DNA of 64,000 nucleotides, taken from the IMG/VR virus record IMGVR_UViG_3300011417_000001; one strand, written 5' to 3'. The notes below the pieces were generated by a model. It saw only the letters and a program-made list of their open reading frames with translations, searched no databases and was not told the DNA's origin. The position numbers were made by a program, and so were the translations under genes. The stretch comes from a virus. Below, one piece after another: positions 7,407 to 16,950 of this stretch. Position 1 is the stretch's first letter. Every line of letters starts with the position of its first letter.

Positions 7407-8921
7407 TTAAAACATTGTGAAATCGAAGGTAGAATATTGCCACACCTTCGGGTTTTGATTATAAGCATCGCCCGCCCATTTAATAGTATTTGTAAATAAC
7501 GCCTTGATGTTATCTTCAACTGTTGGGATGTTGTTTGCAGAATAACTGATGATTGACAAGCCCCTTTCTAATCTCCACCGGCAGCCGTTGCCATTTGTAT
7601 TAATAAATATTTTCCCGGTATGCTCCCATTTATTAACATCCTGCACAAACATTTCGGCAGCTACTCCTGAACCGGACGCGTCAATAAGAATCATTCCGCT
7701 TAGTGCGCCTACATCGTGGTTAGGAGAAATCAATTTAAATATTCCGGCATTTAGATTAACCTTAGCAAAACAACCGCCAGTGGTAAAGCCTTGCGTAAAC
7801 TCAAAGTGCGGCTCAATTACATCTAATTGTTTAACAGTGTTGTTACCAAAATTATCTATGTCGAATACTCTGAATACTTTGGCGTTGCCCTCCACTTCGG
7901 GTTTATAGGTGACACAACCAAAACTATGATAGATGCCAAAACAAATATTCATGTTAAAACCATTAGATGCGTGAATGCGTGGTTTATGGCACTCGGTATC
8001 GTTACTCTGCGCCTGTGATGGGTTGATGCCGTTAATACTTTCTGCATCCCTCATAATTCCGTTTACGCAGTTATTGATACTCCAATTTCTTATATCCCCA
8101 TTTTGCGTGGTGCGGAAATAACCTGCTGTTTGGAAGTTGCTTACTTGGAAGTTTTCAAAAAGGGAGTTGGAATTGGCAGCAGGCTCAAACCCTGTTCCTG
8201 TTCCATTGCCGATTATTTCAATATCCCTTATAGTGTATTTTGTGTTTTGTTGCTGTTGTGATTCGGTAAGGTTAGCAGGGCGTGGGCGGGTAATCCCTCC
8301 GCAAATTATCTTAGCCCTACCACCATACCATGTAAGTGAGTTGAATTGTTTGGGTAGGATTAAAACAGTAGTACCGCAGTTATATGTTCCTGATGAATAA
8401 ATAGGAAGCCCATCAGTACAGGCGGAAGTTAAACACGCTTGCATTGCCACTGCCCAATTTCCTGTGTAGAATTGGTCAGGAGTATAGTAATTAAACTTTT
8501 GCGCTCCTCCGCCTCCCGATTCTCCTTTGTCACCTTTTGGTATTCCAAAGTTTAAGACAGGATTTAGCGGTGTGCCTGTTTGAGTTACGGTTGCTTGGCT
8601 TCCGGCAGGTAGTGTTTGGGCGGTTGGTGTTCCGAATACCGGGGTTTGCCCATTCGCCCCAACAACCTTTCCTACATTTTGTGTAGTGGTATCTGTATAG
8701 GTAATAATAAGATTTCCGCTACCATCAATGGCACACGATTGTACTGATTTATTTGCAATGCCAAAGAAGTTTTTTTGTTCTGTCCATACACTATTTGCCC
8801 AAGAATACACTTTGCTTGTGCTTAAATCAATCATTACGTCCGGTTTTCTGTAACCTGCTGGTGGTGCGTTTACCGGAACTCCTGTGTTGGTAAAGAATCT
8901 TCCTACTATGCTGTATGCCAT
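7407..8921 (-). CDS. Tail fibre / receptor-binding protein
   Basis: The N-terminal fibre-like region ends in a collagen-like GIPKGDKGESGGGG. The C-terminal part has beta-helix-like Asn/Gly-rich repeats. The gene sits at the distal end of the structural operon. Confidence 0.65.
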   Translation of the reverse strand: MAYSIVGRFFTNTGVPVNAPPAGYRKPDVMIDLSTSKVYSWANSVWTEQKNFFGIANKSVQSCAIDGSGNLIITYTDTTTQNVGKVVGANGQTPVFGTPTAQTLPAGSQATVTQTGTPLNPVLNFGIPKGDKGESGGGGAQKFNYYTPDQFYTGNWAVAMQACLTSACTDGLPIYSSGTYNCGTTVLILPKQFNSLTWYGGRAKIICGGITRPRPANLTESQQQQNTKYTIRDIEIIGNGTGTGFEPAANSNSLFENFQVSNFQTAGYFRTTQNGDIRNWSINNCVNGIMRDAESINGINPSQAQSNDTECHKPRIHASNGFNMNICFGIYHSFGCVTYKPEVEGNAKVFRVFDIDNFGNNTVKQLDVIEPHFEFTQGFTTGGCFAKVNLNAGIFKLISPNHDVGALSGMILIDASGSGVAAEMFVQDVNKWEHTGKIFINTNGNGCRWRLERGLSIISYSANNIPTVEDNIKALFTNTIKWAGDAYNQNPKVWQYSTFDFTMF

Positions 8922-8978
8922 GTTATTATATTTGGGCGTTAATAAGGGTTGGGAAAAGAAGAAGGAGGAGGTGTTTTT

Positions 8979-9221
8979 TCATGTGTCCATTGGTTTTCTT
9001 ATTATTCTTTCAAAGGCAATAGATTGTATGTTATCAGAAAAAGTTATTTCTTGACTCCCATTGTTGGTATGGTGGTAGGTGATTCCGCCATACTGGTATG
9101 TGTCCGGGAAATTATATCCGGAATAAACCCTAATTTCTGTTAATCCTTTTTGGCGAACCAACGGAGCTATACTGCCATAGATTAGCCTAATGTTTCCTTT
9201 GTGTTTTTCGTTTATTGTCAT
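8979..9221 (-). CDS. Hypothetical protein (possible fibre chaperone position)
   Basis: The internal ATG at 9221 overlaps the upstream TGA as ATGA, giving 80 aa. Confidence 0.4.
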   Translation of the reverse strand: MTINEKHKGNIRLIYGSIAPLVRQKGLTEIRVYSGYNFPDTYQYGGITYHHTNNGSQEITFSDNIQSIAFERIIRKPMDT

Positions 9222-10627
9222 AACTTTGGAATTATCGAACAAAAGTCCGGTATTTGGTCTGACCACATGGCCGCATCTGCTTGTAAATCTAATGCGTCTT
9301 GCGGGCTGTTGTTTAGGGCGCAGCGAGTAAAGTCTGGTCGTACATACGCCTTGCTTATAGCCGCCCCAATTAACCCAAACTGCTGAAAAGCCTGAGCGTA
9401 TCGGTAGTTTTGAAGATTAACATACACTTCTCCGGCTATGCTTTCGGCATTCCAGATGATTCGGTTTTCGGTGGCGTAGAGTCCCTGCTTGTGGTTAAAT
9501 AAGTCATTAATCTGAAACATTCCTTCTCTCGCTTTTATCTTTACAATAGAATCCGTGTAGCTTTGTTCTGCATGCAGCCCATTAATCACAAATCCTTTTA
9601 CTACCGTTGAATTGAGGTCATCGTAGTAGATTCCGGCAATAGGCTGGTCGGCTTGTGTGCCCGATTCCGGCCCCTCAGTAGTACATCCATTCACATTAAT
9701 ATCGGAAACGCCCTGAAGGAATAATCCGTAATCAGACTCTAACGCGTTGAATATTTCAATGTTATAAAGGTCGCAGTCGTTAGAGGCTGAGTTGCTCAGG
9801 GTTGCGCCTGTCCACAAGGCAGAACCCGCAGCGTCTAATCCGCAGTGTAGCCATGCGTTGTAGGTGGTAGCGTTGGTTAGCTGACAGTCTTCCATTGAAG
9901 CAAATAAGCAGAACATTAAATCAACATTTATATCACATCCCGCCATCTCGCAATCAGTAAAGGTTACATGCTTCGCTCCGCCTATTTGAACCCCTGTTTG
10001 TCCATTACCTTTTGCTCCCCCTATTCCATTAATGTAGAAGTGAAGAAAGGATAGTTGCCTTGCTATGTAAAGGTCAGCATCGGTCTGGTCTGCCGGTACG
10101 GATTCAAAGATGTTAGTAGTGTTTGAGGTGGTTATTTCGCAGCCATGTCCCTGATGGATAAATCGTTTACTTGATTTTGTTGTTGTAGTAGGTAGTATTA
10201 TAGGCTTGTTAATTACATACTTTCTCATGCCATAAAGTCCGTAATCAATTTGATTCTGTTTTGCGCTATTCATTAATTGAAATTCGGCCTCACAAGAAAA
10301 CGCCCAATCAACAAGGTCGGTATCTTCTGTAACATTCGCATTTGGGGCATCTGCCTGCGCTTCCGCAAGCGATTTTCCATAGGATGCAAAGGTCTGCGCT
10401 GTGCCGTCTCCTAAAGAGTAAACCGGGTCGGCTGCTGCTGCTACCGTTTCGGGGGTTAGCCATTCGTTCCCAACTACTACTACTCCGGCATTGAAGTAGG
10501 TCTTCATCGCTCCAAGCGTCTGCTTCTTAGAAGCAAATGTTCCAGCGGACTCTTCTGAGTACCGGATAAGGTCAGCGTCTTTTATCGCTCCGCCAGTGCT
10601 TTCGTTTGAGGTTGTTTCGTCAGCCAT
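9218..10627 (-). CDS. Tailspike/tail fibre with parallel beta-helix-like repeats
   Basis: A repetitive pattern typical of pectate-lyase-fold spikes is present (NGIGGAKGNGQTGVQIGGAKHVTFTDCEMAGCDINV...). Confidence 0.5.
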   Translation of the reverse strand: MADETTSNESTGGAIKDADLIRYSEESAGTFASKKQTLGAMKTYFNAGVVVVGNEWLTPETVAAAADPVYSLGDGTAQTFASYGKSLAEAQADAPNANVTEDTDLVDWAFSCEAEFQLMNSAKQNQIDYGLYGMRKYVINKPIILPTTTTKSSKRFIHQGHGCEITTSNTTNIFESVPADQTDADLYIARQLSFLHFYINGIGGAKGNGQTGVQIGGAKHVTFTDCEMAGCDINVDLMFCLFASMEDCQLTNATTYNAWLHCGLDAAGSALWTGATLSNSASNDCDLYNIEIFNALESDYGLFLQGVSDINVNGCTTEGPESGTQADQPIAGIYYDDLNSTVVKGFVINGLHAEQSYTDSIVKIKAREGMFQINDLFNHKQGLYATENRIIWNAESIAGEVYVNLQNYRYAQAFQQFGLIGAAISKAYVRPDFTRCALNNSPQDALDLQADAAMWSDQIPDFCSIIPKL

Positions 10628-10629
10628 AG

Positions 10630-11097
10630 TTATTCTCTTAATTCAAGACCGCCATCCTCGCGGAGTTCGTAAAAGCTGTCCTCCCGAAGCTCGATATTGG
10701 TTTGTTCATCTCCACAATTTGATTCTACAAAATTTGTACTCCAAGCTCCCGTCCCATCTTCCAATCCCTCGATAAGGTCTAAGCAGCAATCGTCTTGGCA
10801 TAAATTAGTTATCGCTATATCAAAGAAGAAGGTTGCTGGTTGTTGGGTAACGCTTACCCCCATCGAATTGTTGCATCCGTGAACTATTAGCGCATCCTTT
10901 AGCGGCTCTGAATCCGCCACAAGGTCGGTTAATCGCAGATTTCCTATGTCTAATTCCTCGCCTGTTATACATCTTGTCATTAAAGATATAACTCCATCCG
11001 CAGATAAGAATATAGTTACAGTATAATCACAGAATGTGCCACAAGTGGCTGGTGTCGGTATTGCCTGTTGGGGGTCTGAACTATGCCAGCCCCCTAA
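10630..11097 (-). CDS. Cys-rich C-terminal-domain ORF. It has no canonical start for its first 39 codons and is in frame with the upstream gene across a single TAA.
   Basis: Similarity to the C-terminal domain of the 11843-12787 product begins upstream of the first ATG at 10980: CGTFCDYTVTIFLSADGVIS versus CTSFCDYTTTTFLFADGTIT. Confidence 0.45.
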   Translation of the reverse strand, partial: LGGWHSSDPQQAIPTPATCGTFCDYTVTIFLSADGVISLMTRCITGEELDIGNLRLTDLVADSEPLKDALIVHGCNNSMGVSVTQQPATFFFDIAITNLCQDDCCLDLIEGLEDGTGAWSTNFVESNCGDEQTNIELREDSFYELREDGGLELRE

Positions 11098-11655
11098 TTA
11101 AGCGGAGATTGCGAAGCACCTGTCGAATATCCCAGCGGGAGTATTGAAAGGGCAAGGCAAGTCTCCTGTCCACTTCGCTTGCGCGTTGTAGGTTACATAG
11201 CTCTTCAGGTCGTTGGCAACCGGCACTTTAGGCGTGAACGTGGCTACCGCCCCGCTAAACCATACCTTTGTTTCGGTCCGCCACCCTATCTGCCACTCGG
11301 ACTGGCTTCTTAAAGCCGTGTAGAAATCACAGTTGTCCTCGATGTTCGGGTCAAGCCAGTTCAGAATGTGAACCGTTCCTCCATTAATTGTTTCGAGGTC
11401 TCCGAAGCCTACCAGTTCCTCTGTGGTTCCTCCGTCATAGTCGCCCTGCGTGTCTTTGATGATGATTACATCGCCAGCGTTGATGTATACACCCCACTCG
11501 GCAGAGGAGGACTGGTTGACGAATGCCACCGTTGACCGATAAAGGAATACTGAGCGAATCCTGCCAAGTTCCGGGTCAATACACGGGGCGCAGGTGTAGA
11601 GAGGCATTGTTTCGGCAGTGCCGCAGCCCTCTGTTGGATAATAGATTGTTGACAT
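11098..11655 (-). CDS. Virion-associated protein, possibly the N-terminal part of a split or readthrough protein
   Basis: 185-aa ORF. Its TAA at 11098-11100 is in frame with the 10630-11097 ORF. Confidence 0.5.
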   Translation of the reverse strand: MSTIYYPTEGCGTAETMPLYTCAPCIDPELGRIRSVFLYRSTVAFVNQSSSAEWGVYINAGDVIIIKDTQGDYDGGTTEELVGFGDLETINGGTVHILNWLDPNIEDNCDFYTALRSQSEWQIGWRTETKVWFSGAVATFTPKVPVANDLKSYVTYNAQAKWTGDLPCPFNTPAGIFDRCFAISA

Positions 11656-11656
11656 G

Positions 11657-11842
11657 TTATTTACGTTTAATATTAAATTCGTATGATTTTTTCCCTAACT
11701 CGGTTAGCTGGTATTTTCCCTCTTTTATTTCAACCACTCTTTGTTTAATTAATTCTTGTGCTGCTTTGTAATTTAGCAAAGTAGATTCTACCGGCTGATT
11801 GTTGCTGATGTGAACTAACTCTTCTCTTAGTTTTGATTCCAT
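11657..11842 (-). CDS. Hypothetical protein
   Basis: 61-aa ORF packed tightly between two structural genes. Confidence 0.35.
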   Translation of the reverse strand: MESKLREELVHISNNQPVESTLLNYKAAQELIKQRVVEIKEGKYQLTELGKKSYEFNIKRK

Positions 11843-12787
11843 TTATGTGCAGTTTGATATAGTGAATGACGCAGCCCAATCCGGCCCGCCATCTTCTGTT
11901 CCAAGCAATTCATAAAAGCTACAATCAGTATTACAAACTCTTAACATGGTAACCTCATAAAAGAATGTTCCGGGTTGCGGAACAACAGTTATTACCATAG
12001 TATCGTTACATCCAAGTCCTATTAATGCACTTTTGAGTGGTTGGGGGTCTATTACAAGGTCGGATAATATTAATGGAACTATGGCATATATAGGGTAAGG
12101 GTCTGCTCCTACTATTGCTGTTATAGTTCCATCGGCAAATAAGAATGTTGTCGTGGTATAATCACAAAAGCTGGTACAGGCGTCTTCCTGAATAGGTGGG
12201 CACTCCTCGCACAGCTCAATACAGGATTTATTGTAAACGGTTGCAATAGTGTAGTTTACCTGAAAGAGGATGGATTCTGGCGGTAGGGAGTAGGAGATGT
12301 TTTGAAACTCCCGTGCCCATACCGTCTGAGAATTATTCTCAACATTGCTTATCGAAATTGCCACATCGCTCAGCCCTAATCTTGACTGGTTGAATGCCTT
12401 AGTCGTAGTTGTTGGGAAGCCACCGGCAATTACCGAAGCAAGCCACTCTTGCGTCATCTGTAATCGCTTGCGGTCTGCCCAGCAGAACAGTGCCATGTTA
12501 GCGGTTTCACGTGAAAAGAGTTGGCCGTCTCCAAAATCCAGCTGTTCAACTCCCTCGTAGTTTAGCCCCTCACATTTGTGGTAAATCGTTATCGAGTACC
12601 TGTCGTCAACCGCGTTAAATTCTCCGTTCCCTGAGTTATCAACATATGCTGGAATCTGGGTGCTGTCTTCATCCGTTCTCGGCATTTGTTTACTAATCCC
12701 TTTTAGCGAAATAATAACCTTCGAGGCGTTGAGCTTATCCTCAATCCCGGTGTTTATCAGCCCTACTATGGAGTCTAAAAATGGCAT
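11843..12787 (-). CDS. Structural protein with a Cys-rich C-terminal domain (paralogue of 10630-11097)
   Basis: 314 aa. The C-terminal 120 aa align by eye with the 10630-11097 product. Confidence 0.5.
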   Translation of the reverse strand: MPFLDSIVGLINTGIEDKLNASKVIISLKGISKQMPRTDEDSTQIPAYVDNSGNGEFNAVDDRYSITIYHKCEGLNYEGVEQLDFGDGQLFSRETANMALFCWADRKRLQMTQEWLASVIAGGFPTTTTKAFNQSRLGLSDVAISISNVENNSQTVWAREFQNISYSLPPESILFQVNYTIATVYNKSCIELCEECPPIQEDACTSFCDYTTTTFLFADGTITAIVGADPYPIYAIVPLILSDLVIDPQPLKSALIGLGCNDTMVITVVPQPGTFFYEVTMLRVCNTDCSFYELLGTEDGGPDWAASFTISNCT

Positions 12788-13269
12788 TATATTTTCTGTA
12801 TCTGCCGGTTAATGAAGTCTTCGGCAATTATTCTGACGTTGGTTTTTTCTTGCTGGGTTAGTCCGAATATTTTCTTCTTGTATCTCTCTTCGTTCCACTG
12901 GCTCTTTTTGAAGTTGATGCTGTTTTTAAATCCTATTCCGTAGCCTGTCTGGGTTTTTTCGGGTTCGGGATTGTTTACTCCAAGCGTAAAGTCATTTTCC
13001 ATTTGATGAGTAAGAGATAAGATAACTTTTGGGTCTGCTGTCCGGTTGTACTTTTTTACTCTCCGCTTTATGTAGGCTGGCGAGTACGTTCCTATCTGGG
13101 TGCTTGCCGTGTCTTTTCCTTGCTCATGAATCCTCGCCCGCATGGTTCCGGCTGTACTTATAGCAATTTCCCTTTCCATCGCGTCTAAATTAGGCTCAGT
13201 AGATATCGCATATAGCTTTTTCAGCAGCCTTTCGGCTACGCTTTTTATATTTGTTGTGATTTTTATCAC
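12787..13269 (-). CDS. Head-tail/neck protein, HK97 gp10-like
   Basis: Called from its 160-aa size, its position after the capsid block, and a general resemblance to the gp10/virion-morphogenesis family. This is a weak call. Confidence 0.4.
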   Translation of the reverse strand: MIKITTNIKSVAERLLKKLYAISTEPNLDAMEREIAISTAGTMRARIHEQGKDTASTQIGTYSPAYIKRRVKKYNRTADPKVILSLTHQMENDFTLGVNNPEPEKTQTGYGIGFKNSINFKKSQWNEERYKKKIFGLTQQEKTNVRIIAEDFINRQIQKI

Positions 13270-13332
13270 CTTCCTCTTGTGCCTCTGCCTCTTGGCTTAG
13301 AGCAGCTTCCGCATTTATTCATTTTATTAATT

Positions 13333-14478
13333 TTATAATGTTGATTCCATTAATTTAAGTTCTCCGGCACACTCTAAGCAGCAATCTGAGCAGTCTAAGT
13401 TTATTGTTTCGACCGCCAAGTCTAATGCCCCTTTGATAAATGTTGTGGTTCCGTTGTTATCGGTTCTTTGTCCTCCCATGTAGTCTAATTCCCAAAGCGA
13501 TTTCAGCTTTTCGGCTTTTTTAATGTCAATGGTTGTGTAGCGGTTTAGCCTGTCAGTGTTTAGCTGCTCGTTCATGGTTTCGATACCAAGCAGATACCAG
13601 AAAGCCGTAGCGAATACGTCTTTATTAGCGCATACTAACCTATCCCACGTGCAGCGGGAACCGAGTATAGATGATACCCCATAAGTATTATCGGTGTAGG
13701 TTATAGTAGCTCCGTAATAGGTGTTTGGATTGGCTACGACCGTAATGTTGGCCGGCTTGAATTTCATCTCGCAGCAGCCACAGATTGAGGTTAGGTAACT
13801 CGGCAGTATCAGTTCTTTTACGGCTAACGCAGCGTCAAATCGTACTCCGATAAAGTACTTCTGCGAGTTGTTTACTAACGAGAAATCCGCATCGGTTTTG
13901 TCGGTAATGAAGTTAATGTTTGAGTCTATCTTTGTCCAGCCGTTGGTTAAGAATATGGTGGTCGCTAATGAAATGGTTTTACTTTTCAGCAGGTGGCCGC
14001 TCGCAATGTCAAACACTATCACCGTAGCAGTTACGGCAGCTCCGGGGACAGCGGTTGTAAACACATACAAATGTTGTAAGTATAGTTCTTGTAATAATGA
14101 ATCCACAAAGTCATCATCTGGCGAGCAGTCTAATTCTACTACAAACCCGTATGCCTTTGTGGTGTCTAATGCCTGGTCTAAAGTATCGTCAACTTTTACT
14201 CCTAAGTTAAGGCTGTTCTGGATGCTGGATAAGTCCCACTTTTTTGAGAACTTGTTCTTTACATCTAAAGCAAATCTCCTGATTGCTCTGGTCTGAATGT
14301 CATCCCACGCACCTTCGAAGGTTATCTGCTCACTATCGGCTATTCCCTGTAATCCCTTGAAGGATATTCCGGGAAGCTGGTTAATGTACAGCCCGCTTGG
14401 TGGAGTGGTTGTATTTCCACACCAATCAACTCCGATATAGTTTCGTAGACATTCCATAACTTTAATAAATACCCGCAC
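13333..14478 (-). CDS. Structural protein, Cys-rich (ICGCCEMKF, LDCSDCCLECAG)
   Basis: 381-aa ORF directly after the capsid-position gene. Confidence 0.45.
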   Translation of the reverse strand: MRVFIKVMECLRNYIGVDWCGNTTTPPSGLYINQLPGISFKGLQGIADSEQITFEGAWDDIQTRAIRRFALDVKNKFSKKWDLSSIQNSLNLGVKVDDTLDQALDTTKAYGFVVELDCSPDDDFVDSLLQELYLQHLYVFTTAVPGAAVTATVIVFDIASGHLLKSKTISLATTIFLTNGWTKIDSNINFITDKTDADFSLVNNSQKYFIGVRFDAALAVKELILPSYLTSICGCCEMKFKPANITVVANPNTYYGATITYTDNTYGVSSILGSRCTWDRLVCANKDVFATAFWYLLGIETMNEQLNTDRLNRYTTIDIKKAEKLKSLWELDYMGGQRTDNNGTTTFIKGALDLAVETINLDCSDCCLECAGELKLMESTL

Positions 14479-14520
14479 CCCTTTTTAGAGGCACGGTATA
14501 TTTACAGCAGGTTAAATAAA

Positions 14521-15639
14521 TTAGGTGTTGGTAATAGTATAACGAAGTGAACCGCGTACTCCGGCAAGGATGTCTGCTCCATCGTACTGGTCGGCAGGAG
14601 GCGCAAACAAGTCGTAGTGCTTGCTGATGTACACCGCTACCCCTCTGTTAAAGGTTGCTGTTCCTCCGGCATAGCCGTTGGTCAGCGTGGTGGGGCAGTT
14701 GATGAACTTCACATGGATGTCGAAGCGCACGTTGCTCATTCCTTGCGGTGACCAGCACTGAACACGCGGGTCGGCAAAGGTGGCAAAGAACGACTCTCCC
14801 CTGTCTCCGGCAAACGAGCCTACGTTGCGCAGGTCTTCAAGCAGGTGAACAGCGGACTCTTCAAACACACCAATCTGGTTGGTTCCCCACTGTGAGGAAG
14901 CGTAGATGTCGTGGAAGAACTGGTACGACATGAGGTTGTTTAGGTTGATGCCGGACTGGTTAGCCGATACTGCGGCCGCCTGACGCATCAACTCGAAGTT
15001 AAGCCAGTTGCCCGAACCTACAATGGTGGGCATCTGTCCGCAAAACTCGTTGGTGATAACATCCGCCATCACCTGAGCTGCCCCTGTTGCGAGGTTGTTC
15101 TGGGTTCCGTCCAGCGGAACGTTGATGGTGGAAGTGGTGGCCAATCCAGTTCTCCGGTTGATACCGAAGGCGCTCGCCATAGTGGTCAATAATTGCTTGT
15201 CAATCGCTTGGTACAGGCCGTTCATGTTGGTAAGAATACCGTCCATCACGTCCGCCATCACTTGTGTTGGAGGCGTTCCGAAGGTTACCATGTTGCTTGC
15301 ATCGGTGCAGTACTGGCGGATAGTTGCATCGTCAAAGTACAATCCGATTTGCGCGATTTGGCTGATGGTCTGCGAGGTCTCTTTCCATGCAGGCGTCAGG
15401 TCAATGTCGCAGCTTTCGGTGGTGTTGACGTAGTTCTCATTGCCGCGCACCCGGTACTTAATGTTGACTGTGCGGTTATGCCCCTGCTGAAAGCCTTGTG
15501 TCTGGATAACGGTAGGGCGGTCAGGCTGGGATAAGAGATACTGAAGAAATCCTGGAGGGGTTACTTTTTTGCCCGCGTAACCGTTGCGGGTTATTTGTTC
15601 AAGATGAACAAGTATAGCAGGACAGAATCCTAATGCCAT
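14521..15639 (-). CDS. Major capsid protein (assigned by position)
   Basis: 372 aa, immediately downstream of the scaffold-like gene. It looks like the most GC-rich and codon-biased ORF of the block by eye. Confidence 0.6.
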   Translation of the reverse strand: MALGFCPAILVHLEQITRNGYAGKKVTPPGFLQYLLSQPDRPTVIQTQGFQQGHNRTVNIKYRVRGNENYVNTTESCDIDLTPAWKETSQTISQIAQIGLYFDDATIRQYCTDASNMVTFGTPPTQVMADVMDGILTNMNGLYQAIDKQLLTTMASAFGINRRTGLATTSTINVPLDGTQNNLATGAAQVMADVITNEFCGQMPTIVGSGNWLNFELMRQAAAVSANQSGINLNNLMSYQFFHDIYASSQWGTNQIGVFEESAVHLLEDLRNVGSFAGDRGESFFATFADPRVQCWSPQGMSNVRFDIHVKFINCPTTLTNGYAGGTATFNRGVAVYISKHYDLFAPPADQYDGADILAGVRGSLRYTITNT

Positions 15640-15787
15640 TTTATGTATGTTTTTTTAGTTAGACTGAACCCCTTTCCGCTTTGGAATGGGTGAAAATATC
15701 CGCCATGTGTGGCGCAATTATTTCAGCCTTATGGACTGACTCTTTACTATTTCCCTTGCGGGACAATTATTTCCTGAAAATTCAGGA

Positions 15788-16702
15788 CTATACTTTTAAT
15801 GTGCCGTTCTCGTTCATTATTCCGATGTCCCTCAATGACTGCTGGGCTTCGTTTAATGCTTTTGGGAGTGGCTGGTATTGGTTATTGGGGTTTAATGCCG
15901 GCTGTGACTGCGGATTCGCAGTGGTAATCTTTGTCGGCTCATTCGTCTTTATTAATTTTTTGTCAGTTACTAATTTAGCAGCATAATCGTCAAAACTTAC
16001 TTTCTGATTTTCACGTGTAAAGTCAAGGCTTTCGTCAATCGCCTGAACAAGTTTTAGCTGTCCGTCAGGAGCAAGAATTACTTTTGCGTTGTCAGCCTGC
16101 AGCTGGCGGGTGAGATTTATCATTGCAAGTTCCATCGCATCTGCCTTGTCGTATTGGTCACTGTAATTATAGCCGGAAAACTTTCCACGAATGTTCCAAT
16201 TCAATTCTTTGTTTGCGCTATCCTTTAAAATATTAGATTTTTCGTTTTTGAACTGCTCCTTTAAGGTAAGTATACTGTTATTCAGTTCATCAATTTTGTC
16301 GGTTAAATGTTTTTTGTCGCCAACCTGCGCGGTTGCCTTTTTCTCATGCAGGTTTTTTACTGCCTTTACAAGTAGCTGTATTTTTTCGTAAGTGTTTTTT
16401 TCGTTTTTAATAGCGTTTGACAAATCCACATCATCAGCTATCCCATACTCGGTTAAGTACTTTTCGTGAATCTCGGTGTCAATCGGGGCGAGACTTTCTT
16501 GGCGGAAGTGCGCTTTCAATACCGGGCTTTGTTTTGCCACATCCAGCGTCATCAGCTTTTCGTTCATGTCCTTTACCTGCTTATCATCAAGATTTATTTT
16601 GGTGAGTTCCGGGTTTCCGAGAACTTCTTTCATCTCTGCCGAAGGTTCTACTCCGGCTTTCTTGAACTGGTTGCTGATAAAGTCTGCTGCTGTGATTGGC
16701 AT
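15788..16702 (-). CDS. Scaffolding protein
   Basis: 304 aa with a Lys/Glu/Asp-rich coiled-coil composition, located between the MuF-like and capsid genes. Confidence 0.6.
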   Translation of the reverse strand: MPITAADFISNQFKKAGVEPSAEMKEVLGNPELTKINLDDKQVKDMNEKLMTLDVAKQSPVLKAHFRQESLAPIDTEIHEKYLTEYGIADDVDLSNAIKNEKNTYEKIQLLVKAVKNLHEKKATAQVGDKKHLTDKIDELNNSILTLKEQFKNEKSNILKDSANKELNWNIRGKFSGYNYSDQYDKADAMELAMINLTRQLQADNAKVILAPDGQLKLVQAIDESLDFTRENQKVSFDDYAAKLVTDKKLIKTNEPTKITTANPQSQPALNPNNQYQPLPKALNEAQQSLRDIGIMNENGTLKV

Positions 16703-16703
16703 A

Positions 16704-16889
16704 TTAGGGTTTTAATTTGGTGACGATTTTGTTTAACTCTTCTTTGGAAACATTTATTCTGGGCTTGATAACAAGTTTTTTCTCTTCCGGTTTTCCGTAG
16801 TACTGCTGACGCACAAACGGCTCCGATGCTTTGGGAACTACTGTCATAAATTTATTCCCCAACCACACTTCAATTTCTTCTTGCTGCAT
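16704..16889 (-). CDS. Hypothetical protein
   Basis: 61-aa ORF whose stop lies 1 nt from the scaffold gene ATG. Confidence 0.35.
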   Translation of the reverse strand: MQQEEIEVWLGNKFMTVVPKASEPFVRQQYYGKPEEKKLVIKPRINVSKEELNKIVTKLKP

Positions 16890-16950
16890 TTGGCAATAGT
16901 AATAAATATTTAATTAACAATAGATAGTTGAAAATAATTTTATTAACAAT

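Noticed and set aside
10981-11097. Global stop-codon reassignment (TAA read as sense) as an explanation for the in-frame TAA between the 11098-11655 and 10630-11097 ORFs.
   Set aside because: Other well-supported genes in the window are intact under the standard code, and several end in TAA (for example the ATPase at 43162-43164). This makes genome-wide recoding unlikely. Local readthrough or a nonsense mutation remains possible.
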